DNA from: the human T2T-CHM13v2.0 reference genome, Homo sapiens
Reading direction: 5' to 3' (one strand)
NCBI RefSeq assembly: GCF_009914755.1
Contig: NC_060943.1
DNA: 64,000 bases
Both the position numbers and the translations under genes were made by a program. The notes beneath the pieces were generated by a model that worked only from the letters and a program-made list of their open reading frames with translations, did no database searches and was not told where the DNA came from. This document shows positions 47,586 through 64,000 of the stretch, one piece after another; position 1 is the stretch's first letter; every line of letters starts with the position of its first letter.

Positions 47586-48178
47586 CTCTAGTAGGTCCTA
47601 GGAATCTTACTGATCCCACAGGTAGTTGTGATTAGCTAGGTTTGGGAAGATGACTGTACAACACCAAAGCTGGTTCCTGCTTTGGGGGTGTTGATATATT
47701 TTCCACAGTAGGATTATCTTAGCATTTTTCCCATCCTTCCAAACCCAGTATATCCAGATTGTGACTGGGGCATGAAGAGAGGGATGGGACTAAGTGGAAA
47801 GGAGGGAACAGTTTTGCAGGATGGAATCAGGGGAAATGGGGAGGTTGAGACTCGAGTTTCCTCCAGAGTTTGGGTGCTTTGAGTACTGAGTTTTATTTCG
47901 TTTTTATTCCTGGCATAGGGTTTGTGTTCCTTCTGTCTCTTAATTTTGCATGCCAGTTGTCCCTGCCTCTGTGGGTTCTCTGCCCATCAGAGAAGCCGCT
48001 CCTTCTGCAGGGCCCCTCTGTCCACAGCATGGCTGAGAAGCAACTTCTTTTCCTGAGAAGGGTTACTTAGGCCATCCAATCACATCTGGATTCAGTGTGT
48101 TGCAGGATCCCCCTGCCCTGTTAGTTCAGAGATTAAGCTGTTTTACATAGTAAAGGTGGGGAGAGTGTCATGGTATAA

Positions 48179-48511
<333 letters not shown>

Positions 48512-48605
48512 TGAAGTGCTGGGATTGCAGGTGTGAGCCACTGTGCCTGGCCTGTTCTGACTCTGTTTAAAAGATAACAAGTATTAGGCTGGGTGCGGTG
48601 ACTCA

Positions 48606-48894
<289 letters not shown>

Positions 48895-50494
48895 TTATTA
48901 GTAAAATTGAAATCAAACTTAGGGAAGTATCATAGTACCATTAATCTGTCAATCTGAAGATGCTAAAAGGAGATTTGCTTAGCAGGCTGCCTTGGCTTCT
49001 CCAAGATGGGGAGACAGACAACTTCTTGGAAGCAGTGTCCTCCAAACAGAAATTGGTCAAGGAAGGGAAGTGGGAGAGAGAGCTTTGACTAGCAGAGGCT
49101 TGGAAGCCAGCCAGCCAGCAGCCAACAGTGCATGTGTGCATTGGGAAGCTAGTGGTCCAGGGACCAGGCACTGCTCCTGTGGGATCCATCCCAGCCCTCT
49201 AAGGAGCGGTGCAAAGGTTCTTATCCTATTTATCGGAGCCAGTGTCCAGAAAAGGAAGCTTGTGGTTTGAGACATTCTGTAAATCTGGTTCCAAGAGCAC
49301 GAGGTAGGACTCTGAATCCGATGTGGTTTCTGTTCTCGGTGATGGTGCAGAGCTGTGAGCCAGTGGTAGGGTGTCCTTTAAATTCCAGCTCAGTACACTA
49401 GTTAATGAACTTGGCTGACTGATAAAAATGTTTTCAGGTTTAGCTCATGAACATATCAACATAGACCTAAATATAATTCCAGTTTGTCATGAATGTTGAT
49501 TTTTTGAGGAAATGCTTTAAAATGTACTGATGCCCATGTTGTGGTTGTAAGGAAACAAAGCAGCTCTGTGAGGCCAAAGCATATTTCAGTTCAATAGTGA
49601 GGCTTTCTTAGAAAGAATGACTCATAGTCACTCAGAGTTGAGTCGCACAGAAACAACCGAGAGCAGACAGCAAGGAACGGCAGGGCCCAGAAGGTCCAGC
49701 CTTTCCCTCCAGGCTGAAGGGTTAGGGAAGATCGCCAACCTTAAAGGGGGTGTGAGAGGCCTGGGCCCAGGTGAGATTGTACTGAATTCCAGTAAACAGT
49801 GTACAGTCATTCCAGGACAGAGGACAGGAACATGTTTACTAGGTGTCTGGAGTGCACCTCTATAATCCTCATACACACTAATCCAGATAATCCTGGGATG
49901 CTGGCCTCACGCAGGATTGTTGATGAGAATGCAAATCCCAACATTGCAATTCAGGATTTTGCTTCTACTGAAAGCATTTTGTCAATGTTCTCTTTTGGGG
50001 TTAGCTGGGTGACAGTTCTCCCTTGCTGGATTCCCAGTACTTAATAGCGTTTCTTTGACTCAGTGGATATGTGGAACATTGCAGACTGCAATTTATAACA
50101 CAGAACTGGGTATATATTTTCATTATAAAAGTAATACATGTAAAAAGAATGCAGGCCTCTTCTCTGATTGGGTGGTATTTTTAAAAAGAAACAAAGAATG
50201 CAGGCAGTGTAGATTATGTTTGTTTTTTAAAGGAAAGAGAAGAAAAAATTCTCTAATCCCACCACCCACAGCTGACCATGTTGACACTATTTGGGTGTAT
50301 ATTCTGTCTGGCATTATCCTGTACAGGCATATGCTCTTCAGCAAAAATGGATTTGGCCGGGCGCAGTGGCTCAGCCTGTAATCCCAGCACTTTGGGAAGC
50401 TGAGGCAGGCAGATCACTTGAGGTCAGGAGTTCCAGACCAGCCTGGCCAACTTGATGAAACCCCATCTCTGCTAAATGCAAAAATTATTAGCTA

Positions 50495-50635
<141 letters not shown>

Positions 50636-51113
50636 TCAAAAAGAAAAAAAGAAAAGTAGATGGGCACAGTGGCTCATGCCTGTAATCCCAGCACTTTGGG
50701 AGGCCAAAGCAGGAGGATTGCTTGAGCCCAGGAGGTTGAAGTTGCAGTAAGCCATGACCACACCACTGCACTACAGCCTGGGTGACAGAGTCTAAAAAAA
50801 AAAAAAAAAAAAAAAAAATCCACATTTCTAAATGGGAAAATCTGAAGGCCTTGATCTGCTGCCAAGGGTCATTGGCTGTGTCTTTTGAAACATTTTTATT
50901 ATGAAAGTGTCATGTGGTTATAGGATATGAGCTGCTTCAGCCCGGCACGGTGGCTCACACCTGTAATCCCAGCACTTTTGGAGGCTGAGGAGGGCGGATC
51001 ACCTGAGGTCGGGAGTTCGAGACCAGCCTGACCAACATGGAGAAACTCCATCTCTACTAATCATACAAAATTAGCTGGGTGTGGTGGTGCATGCCTGTTA
51101 TCCCAGCTACTCA

Positions 51114-51218
<105 letters not shown>

Positions 51219-51279
51219 TCAAAAAAAAAAAAAAAAAGAAATGAGCTGCTTCAAACAGGTCCTCACTAAAGACCAATGA

Positions 51280-51510
<231 letters not shown>

Positions 51511-51647
51511 TAATTTTTTTTATTTTTAGTGGAGACGGGGCTTCGCAGTGTTAGCCAGGATGGTCTCGATCTCCTGACCTCATGATCCGCCCGCCTCGGC
51601 CTCCCAAAGTGCTGGGATTACAGGCGTGAGCCACCGCACCCGGCCTA

Positions 51648-51851
<204 letters not shown>

Positions 51852-52715
51852 CTATGTAACCGGCACCCAGATTATAAATCAGATTATTAACAGTACCCCA
51901 GAAACCCACCAAGCTCCCTTCCAGTAGTCCCCATCCCTTCAAGGCTAACTACAGTCCTGACTTCTGACACCATAGATTACCTTTGGTGTTTTTATATAAA
52001 TGGAATTACACAGTATATACTCTTGTGTTTGGCCTCTCTACTCAGCATTGTGTTTGGGATTCATCTCTCTTGTTGCATTTGGCCATGGACTGTTCATTTT
52101 CATTGCAGTATAATATTCCATTGTGTTAATAGACCACAGTTGCTTCTTTCTACTGTTGATGCCGCATTTGGGTGGTTTCTAGCTTCTGGCTATTAAAATA
52201 ATGCTGGTACTGTTTTTTCCTTCGGGAGAGAAGCCAGAACTAGAGTGGGTGAGAGGAATGCTGACCTAGCCCTCTTGAGGACTTGGAGCATGGTGAACCA
52301 TATGGTAGTGCTCTGCTTGTCACTAACCATAAAGTACCATACAACCCTGATGTACAGTAGACATAGATGTAGATAATGGTATATATTAGAGCAGATCCAG
52401 AGTCAATCCTCCGTGTGCCTAGCCTCTGTCCCCTAAGGACAGTGCTCCCCCATTGCCCTTACTCACTGGCAGCAGTGGAATATTTCTTGCCCTACAAAAC
52501 TGTGTTCAGGATGTGGATGCGGTCTCCTTGCTTCCCTGCTGATAAAAACTCCTACCCCAGTGAGGTTATGTGATCCTCTCACTCTCCTGGTGATGACCAT
52601 TTAATGACCTGATCTCTGCCCATCATATCGTGAGAAGTCTGATACTCATCTTCCTCTTCCTCTCCCCTTCTGTCTTATTCAAAGTGACTTCAGCTGTTGT
52701 GTGATCTACCCATCT

Positions 52716-53216
52716 GTACTGGGGGTCCCCAGGGTAATCGCACGCATAGCTATGACAGTGTACAGTGACAGGATACAGTGACAGGATACAAAGCAAAATT
52801 CACAAAGGGAAAAGATGTGTGGGCAAAGTCTGGAGGAAACCAGGCTCAAACTTGCAACGGGGACTTAGAAAGCGGAGCCTCACGGGATGTGCTTAGCTTC
52901 TCCAGCAGGGAGTTGCAACAACATGCGTGGGATATTGTCTGCCAGGGAAGCTTCAGACTTAGTTGCCCAGGGTTTTTACTGGGGGCTGATTATGCAGACA
53001 CCCTCTGCGTGGCACGTGCCAAAATTCCAGGCTCCCAGAAGTAAAGCACAAGCAAACCACATTGTTTACAACAGTCTGGATACAGTGCACCACTCCTACC
53101 AGTTCTGGGAATGGCGGGAACCCTCCTGAAATCCAGATGTCAGGCGAGAGCCAAACTTACAAGCAGGCCTTGTAAATGACAGCAGTCAAACCTGCTTCGT
53201 TAACTCCTCTGCACAC
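52716..53216 (-). mobile_element. MER21-family LTR
   Basis: Reverse complement begins tgtgcagaggagttaac...aggcctgcttgtaag...ggagggttcccgccattccc. Confidence 0.8.
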
Positions 53217-53453
53217 TCGCCCACACCCTGGCTTCCGTCCTTGTCCTGTGACATTTTCCTGTTGTCCCCTCCTACCCAAAGCTGTAGACACACCTGGACC
53301 TTGTCCATCAACCTCAACTGCAACCACCTCCAAATCACAGACTTAGACACCCCGCCCTTTGACCTTCCAGCTGTCTTGCTCAAGAAATAGCTAAAAAAAA
53401 AAAAAAAAAAACATAAAAAAATTCAGGCCAGGCGCGGTGGCTCACGCCCGTCA

Positions 53454-53739
<286 letters not shown>

Positions 53740-54105
53740 TTAAAAAGCAGTGACCTAACCCATTCCCTTCCTTAGTAACTGTTTTTAGCCTGGTGCAGAA
53801 CTCCAGGTCCAGAATCTTTATACTTTCTCCGGCTTCATTAGTTCCCCCTTGCTTTCTCCACCGCCATCTCCAACCATCCTAAACTCCATGACTCACTCTT
53901 CATTTATCTTGCAAATACCCTAAACTCCTTTGCTTCTCTTTTGAGAAGCTCCTGCCTAGAGAAACTTCAACCCTAAAAGCATCCATTCATCCACATTGTC
54001 AATGTCTTCACCCAGGGGGTTGAGTCCCGAGGACAAGAATCACAGTTGAGCAAATCAATGCCACTGTAAATAATGCTGATTACTACCCTCAACCTTGGCC
54101 CTCAA

Positions 54106-54225
54106 CTTTGTATATTTATACCTCAACCAGGTATATTTCTTTGTATATATATACCTCAACCAGGTATATTTCTGTAATCACTGTGCCCTTAACTTTGCAT
54201 CAAAACCAGTATATTTCTGTAATCA
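54106..54225. repeat. 33-bp tandem duplication plus partial copies
   Basis: ctttgtatat(t/a)tatacctcaaccaggtatattt x2 (54106, 54139); gtatatttctgtaatca recurs at ~54209. Confidence 0.85.
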
Positions 54226-54788
54226 TCTCTCTGCAGTCAGCAAGTGGTCTTACCATCTATTTCAAAGACAGCTGGTGGCTGTTGGATGAAAACAGTTTCA
54301 GACGCTTACCACACTCTAAACCAGCCTCATCTGCATCCCAGGCCCTATTAAAAGGAGGTAGGGGCTGGGTGCAGTGGCCCATGCCTGTAATCCCAACACT
54401 TCAGGAGGCTGAGGTGGTAGGATTGGATTGCTTGAGGCCAGGAGTTGGAGACCAGCCTGGGCAACATAGCAAGACCTCATCTGTACAAAAAATTTAAAAA
54501 TTAACTGGGCTTGCTGGCACATACCTGTAGTCCCAGCTTCTTGGGAGGTTGAGGTGGGAGGATCACTTCAACCCCAGAGACTGAGGCTGCAGTGAGCTAG
54601 CTATGATTGCCGAGGCAGGTAAATCACTTGAGCCCACGAGTTCGAGATCAGCCGGGGCAACATAGTGAGACCCAGTCTCTAACCAAAAAAGAGAAAGGAG
54701 ATTATTCTGGGGATCCTATACCTCCCACTCCTGTTTAACTGTCAGGATTCCTGAAGTGAAGGGAGACTTCACTTCTCAAGCCACTTGA

Positions 54789-54989
<201 letters not shown>

Positions 54990-55409
54990 TAATTTTTTAA
55001 TTTTTTGTAGAGACATAGTTTTGCCATGTTGCCCAGGCTAGTCTCGAATTCCTGGGCTCAAGTGATCTGCCTGCCTCAACCTCCCAAAGTGCTGAAATTA
55101 GCACCCAGCTGTATGTATTATCTTGGTTTTGTTTTTGTTTGTTTACAATTTTTTCCCCTGGAGTTTCTGATTGGCTCTTGGATGTTCTCTGTTACTTGGA
55201 ATCTATTCCACTCTCCTTGTACTCACCAACTTTCTAGTTTAATTCAGACCATTTCTTCTTTGGACAGTTATTTTCTGTACAGCTTTTGGGTTTTCCTGGA
55301 GTTTCTGAATGTTTGTTCTTGCTGGTATTTGTTGCCTTTATCATATTCTCAAGTTTTTCCAACTCCTCACCCATACTATAATTCAGTCTACAAAATCTCC
55401 TTTTTTTCA

Positions 55410-55574
<165 letters not shown>

Positions 55575-55700
55575 CTAATAAAAAAGAAAAAAAATTGAAA
55601 AAGATAAATAACAAATAAAACCCAAATATATTGCTTCCAGGTGTCAACAAAGTCATGATCCTGAGATTTTGCCATCACTGCTCTCCTGGGCTACAATTAG

Positions 55701-56114
<414 letters not shown>

Positions 56115-56575
56115 TAACAACAAAACGTCGAAGCAATTCTTATCTTAGTTGCTGACCCTTGATCTAGCATGCAGTGATGTTAAGTCTAATGCCAATTTGA
56201 TTTTTTCTTTTCATTGTAGATTACCTGTTTCTTCCTCTGTGGAAACAGCATATTATCCTTTCTGTTAAGAAATGTTATGACTTCTCAAGAGTGTGGGTCT
56301 TTTTGTTTCACTCCAGTATTATGCTGGGCAGTTGTTAGGCCCTTTTGATTTAATGGTTTGTGTCTTCCCTTTAGCTTGGGTAATTTTTTTCATACCATCC
56401 TCCCTGTACTTTCACTAGAAGTCTCTTTTACTCAGATATAAGAGCTGCCCATTCGGCCGGGCATGGTGGCTGACACCTGTAATCCCAGCACTTTGGGAGG
56501 CTGAGGCGGTCGGATCACTCGAGGCCAGGAGTTTGAGACCAGCCAGGCCAACATGGTGAAACCCCATCTCTACTA

Positions 56576-56851
<276 letters not shown>

Positions 56852-57365
56852 TCAGTGGATTCTTGGCTGTCTGTCATTAGAAGGAGGCAAACGGGTGCCC
56901 TGGAGCTCTCTGTGTGACCAGGATTTGTTAACCAGCAGTGTCAGCTTTAAGGTAGTGATCTTTATTCTTGAGATTTCCGAATTCCAGAGGGCTTTGTTGT
57001 AGGATGCCAATCTCTCCAGATCCCACAGATGTCTACAGAGAAGAATCTTCCTTTTTTTTCTTTTAATCCTGATATTTATTTATTTATTTATTTATTTTTG
57101 AGACTTGAGTCTCGCTCTAACATCCAGGCTGGAGTGCAGTGGTGCGATCTCAGCTCACTGCAACCTCTGCCTCCGGGTTCAAGCAATTCTCCTGCCTCAG
57201 CCTCCTGAGTAGCTGAGATTACAGGCACGCGCCACCACACCCAGTTAATTTATCCATTTATAGTAGAGACAGGGTTTCACCATGTTGGCCAGGATGGTCT
57301 CAAACTCCTGACCTCAAGTGATCCACCTGCCTCAGCCTCCCAAAGTGTGGGGATTACAGGCATAA

Positions 57366-57563
<198 letters not shown>

Positions 57564-57660
57564 TAACAGGGTTTCACCATGTTAGCCAAGATGGTCTCGA
57601 TCTCTTGACCTTGTGATCCGCCCACCTCGGCCTCCCAAAGTGCTGGGATTACAGGCGTGA

Positions 57661-57858
<198 letters not shown>

Positions 57859-58934
57859 TAGAGATGGGGTCTTACCGTGTTGCCTAGGCTGGTCTCATTC
57901 TGGTCTCAAGTGATCCACCCACCTCAGCCTCCCAAAGTGCTGGGATTACAGGTGTGAGCCACTACGCCTGGCCCTGTGAGGTATTTTTCAGCAGCTTTCT
58001 AGACTGACAAGAGCAGCTGGAAGCATGGCAACCCCAGGCAGAGCATAGCGTGCTGCCGCCTCGACTGTGCTCAAGGGGCGCTAGCGTGCGGGAGGAGCCA
58101 CCTGCCTGGGCCTCTGGAAGGCTTCTGCCTCTGAGCCAGCAGGTACAACAGGGAACAAGAGTGAGAAGGGGACTTGAAAACAGGAAACCTAATTGAAGGT
58201 CTGCACAAGTAGTGAACAAACCTGTTTCTCACTGCTGCAGTCGGCATGGCTTATAATTAAGCAGCATACTGTTACAAAAAACAAACAAAAGAAAGAGTCT
58301 TGGCTGGGCGCAGGTGGTTTATGCCTGTAATCCTAGCACTTTGGGAGGTTGAGGCGGGTGGATCACTTGAGGCCAAAGAGTTTGGGACCAGCCTGGGCAA
58401 CACAGGGAGACCCCATCTCTACAAAAAAAAAAAAAAAAAAAAAAAAAAAACAAAACAAAACAAAAAAAACACTAAAATATTAGCCAGCCATGGTGGCATA
58501 TGCCTGTGGTCCCAGCTACTCAGGAGGCTGAGGAAGGAGGACTGCTTGTGCACAGAAGGTCAAGGCTGCAGTGAGCTGTGATCATACCATTGCACTATAG
58601 CCTGGGCAACACAGTGAGACCCTATCTCAAAAAAATAAGTAAAATTTTTAAAAAAATTAAAAATTAGCCGGGCGTAGTGGCGTGTGCCTCTGGCTCCAGC
58701 TACTCAGGAGGCTGAGGCAGGAGGATCCCTTGAGCCCAGGAGGTTAAGGCTGCAGTGAGCCATGATTGTGTCACTGCACTCCAGCCTGGGCAACAGAGCC
58801 AGACTCTGTCTCAAAAAATATATAAAAATAAAAAATTATTTTAGAAAGAAAAATACTTGACAGGCTTATTCCTGCCCAATTCAATTTATAACTGTTTATT
58901 CATGTGTTGACATCTTAATGCAGTCTTTTTAAAT

Positions 58935-58997
58935 AAAAGCAACTTCATTAAGAAAGTAAAGGAATAAAAGAATGGCTACTCCATAGGCAAAGCAGCC
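58935..58997 (-). mobile_element. Isolated MER41 LTR 3' (poly(A)-signal region) fragment
   Basis: Reverse complement ggctgctttgcctatggagtagccattcttttattcctttactttcttaatgaagttgcttt matches the recalled MER41 consensus. Confidence 0.8.
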
Positions 58998-59011
58998 TTT
59001 AAGGCAGTCTT

Positions 59012-59478
<467 letters not shown>

Positions 59479-59922
59479 AGGGCAGTCTTAAAGGCAAAGA
59501 AGGTGAACATTTGTGCTTAATTTCCCATCTAGAGTGAGCAAATCTCTCTGCCTCTACCCTGGTTCAAAGCCCCTTCACCTCTTGCGTGGACTATGTTAAC
59601 CTCCTCATTGGTTATCCTCTCTTCATACTGCATTCTTCTGTGCCATATTCTGTGCAGAGGCCAGAATGCACTTTGGGGAACACAAATCTGATTGTCAAAT
59701 TCTGTCACATGTCTTAGAGAAGGCATCTAATCTGGATGCCTTAAGAGATGGTGGCCAGGCAGGGTGGCTCAAACCTATAATCCCAGCACTTTGGGAGGCC
59801 AAGGCGGGTGGATCACTTGAGGTCAGGAATTCGAGACAGTCTGGCCAACATGGCGAAACCTGTCTCTACCAAAAATACAAAAATTAGTTGGGCGTGATGG
59901 CGCATGCCTGTAATCCCAGCTA

Positions 59923-60088
<166 letters not shown>

Positions 60089-60637
60089 CTATGGTCTGAT
60101 GGGAATGAGATCATGGTGTCAAACAGACCCATGCTAAGGCAGCCCCCAGGCAGAGACTCCTCTCCCCATGGCCTCAGTACTGGTCTAGAACTCTGAGTCA
60201 TAGATCTAAAAATAAGTCACAGGGCTGTGAGCTAGCAGGACAGCTGCACACCTCTGGGTCTGTGGCAAGCCAGTGGTCCGCAGTGGGGATGCCCTATGTC
60301 CAGCACTGCTGCTGCTCCTTCGTCTAGAGGCCTTCCTTGACCGATAAAGCAAGCAATGCTGGGTAGCCCACACCCCCTATAACTTTGGCCTGGAGGTGTC
60401 CCTGGATCAGATGCCTGTCTGAGTCTGGCTTCCAGACTGTCAATGGCTTGCTCTGCAGCTTTCACCAACCCAGGTCACGACTTGTGCTTACAACACCTCT
60501 TTGGCCGGGCACGGTGGCTCATGCCTGTAATCCCAACACTTGGGAGGCCTAGGCGGGTGGGTCACTTGAGGTCAGGAGTTCAAGACCAGCCTGATCAACC
60601 TGGTGAAATCCTGTCTCTACGAAAAATACAAAAATTA

Positions 60638-60811
<174 letters not shown>

Positions 60812-61342
60812 TCATGTCTGGGCCAGCCTGCTTTCCTCCTCTTTTAGCTGGTACTTGGTTTAAATCTGGAAATCCTGGAGTCTTTGGAATTCCATTGACC
60901 TGAGCTGGGTTACTGTCCTGGTGTCTGTCTCTAGCATGGTTGGAAGGTAACTGTTCTTATGAATGGAAAGGAGGTGTTGGTGTCAGATGTGTTTATAGTT
61001 GCATTATCTCAACTTGAACTTCGTCTTGTTCTCACCTAACTTGAGGAAGCAAGGAAATTTGGAATTCAAATATTCTAATAATATTTGTTATTAAGTGAGG
61101 ACATTCAAATCATACATTCAAATATTAGTAATGTCTGTTACAGCAAACTACCAGAAAAGGACAGCAAGCTACAGATGACCTGGCAATGATGAGCCCATAG
61201 GGACTGTTAGTGGGAAGGCTGACAGTTCCTGGCACGAGCCCCAGGGTGCCTTCTAGAGCAGGCTAACATCTTCTCACACTTGATCCCGCCCCTGCTCTCC
61301 CATGCACAAACGGGGTGTGCAAACAGTCTGTTTAGCTTTTCA

Positions 61343-61653
<311 letters not shown>

Positions 61654-61656
61654 TCA

Positions 61657-62131
<475 letters not shown>

Positions 62132-63142
62132 TCAGTCCTCCCACTTCAGCCTCCCAAGTAGCTGGGACCACAGCCGTGTGCCACCATGCCTGGCTAATTT
62201 TTGTATTTTTTGTAGAGATGGAGTTTTGCCATGTTGCCCAGGCTGTTCTCACACTCCTGGGCTCAATTGATCCTCCCACCTCAGCTTCCCAAAGTGCTGG
62301 GATTACAGGCGTGAGCCACCTTGCCTGCCCTACAATTAAGTAAAATATCAAAATACAGAAACATCATTTGTTTCTGTCTACAAGCAACAAGTAATTAGAC
62401 AATGAAAAGTCAAAACATTGCCATTTGTAATAGTACCCCACCAAAACAATAAAATACCTAGCAATCTAATGAAAAATGTGCGAAAAATGTGCAAGACTTC
62501 TACACTGACAACTGCAAAACACTGTTGGGAAAAGAGCATATCTTCAAGACCTTGGAGTAAGCAGAGAGGACACAAAAAGTGATCATGTCTTTGAGGCTGA
62601 GGTAGGAGGATTGCTTGAGCCCAGGAGTTTGAGGCCAGCTGGGACAAAACAGTGAGACCCCGTCGCTACAAAAAAATTAAAAATTAGCTGGTCATGGTGA
62701 TGCATGCCTATAGTCTTAACTACTTGGGAGGCTGAGACAGAATCGCTTGAGCCCAGGAGTTCAAGGCTATGTTTGTGCCACTGCACTCTAGCCTGAGCAA
62801 CCCAGTGAGACCCTGTCTCTAAAAAAAATAAAATACTTTTAAAAAGTGGTAACTTCTGGCCCTGCATAGTGGCTCACACCTGTAATCACAGCACTTTGGG
62901 AGGCCAAGGTGGGCAGATCACCTGAGGTCAGGATTTTGAGACCAGCCTGGCCAACATGGTGAAACCCCATCTCTACTAAAAATCCAAAAAGTAGCCAGGC
63001 GTGGTGGCATGCTCCTGTAGTCCCAGGAGTACTTATCAATCAAATATACGAAAAAAAATTTGCTTTACACAAAATAAATGAATCTCACAGACATCAAGAT
63101 GAGTGAAAGAATCCCAAGCGGTTGGGATTACCACAGGTGTGA

Positions 63143-63367
<225 letters not shown>

Positions 63368-63505
63368 TAGTAGAGATGGGGTTTCACTGTGTTAGCCAGG
63401 ATGGTCTCGATCTCCTGATCTTGTGTTCCGCCCACCTTGGCCTCCCAAAGTGGTGGGATTACAGGCGTGAGCCACCGTGCCCCACCCTTTTTTTTTTTTT
63501 TTTGA

Positions 63506-63766
<261 letters not shown>

Positions 63767-64000
63767 TAAAGCCACCTGGCTCCCTTTCAATAAACCCAAT
63801 CTTGGTGATTTTTTTTTTTTCTAGAGACAGAGTCTCACTCTGTCACCCAGGTTGGAGTGCAGTGGTGCGGTCATGGCTCACTACAGCCTCCACTCCCTAA
63901 GCTCAAGCCATCCTCCTGCGTCAGCCTCCCGAGCTAGGATCACAGGTGCGTGTCACCATGTCTGGCTAATTTACTTTTTAATTTTGTAGAGACACGGTCT

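Noticed and set aside
48941-50381. Cluster of overlapping 70-108 aa ORFs in unique, more GC-rich DNA
   Set aside because: No recognisable domain or splice pattern; may be regulatory (AP-1 sites at 49618 and 50056) but not supportable as coding
54108-54497. 129-aa ORF with internal repeat
   Set aside because: Produced by a local tandem duplication plus L2/Alu sequence
58040-58100. Small CpG-containing patch with a partial CTCF-like aggggcgct
   Set aside because: Too short for a CpG island, and the motif lacks the 5' CC half

Overview
Primate (human-like) genomic DNA, Alu-dense (roughly 75-80 Alu elements/fragments, about a third of the window). It contains most of LSM14A (RAP55A, a P-body/stress-granule protein) on the + strand. 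Exon 1 lies upstream of the window. Coding exons 2-9 run from 10970 to 38203, followed by a 57-nt stop-containing cassette exon (KTTAFGP*), the terminal exon (KDNKVAA*) and a ~1.9-kb 3'UTR ending near 45760. The rest (45.8-64 kb) is repeat-rich intergenic DNA with no supportable gene. Nearly all other ORF-track entries are Alu-derived or chance ORFs. I see no clearly new multi-gene system. The best leads are: (1) a cryptic in-frame paralogue of the terminal exon (MGFKDNKVSE*) upstream of the cassette exon; (2) an all-phase-1 exon architecture giving stop-free circRNA ORFs; (3) a poly(A) signal right behind the exon 9 donor; (4) a target site reused by a retroposed MER41 3' end and a trimeric Alu; (5) a triple hairpin and a truncated U2 snRNA retrocopy in intron 3. 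Repeat family names come from recalled consensus sequences, not from a search.
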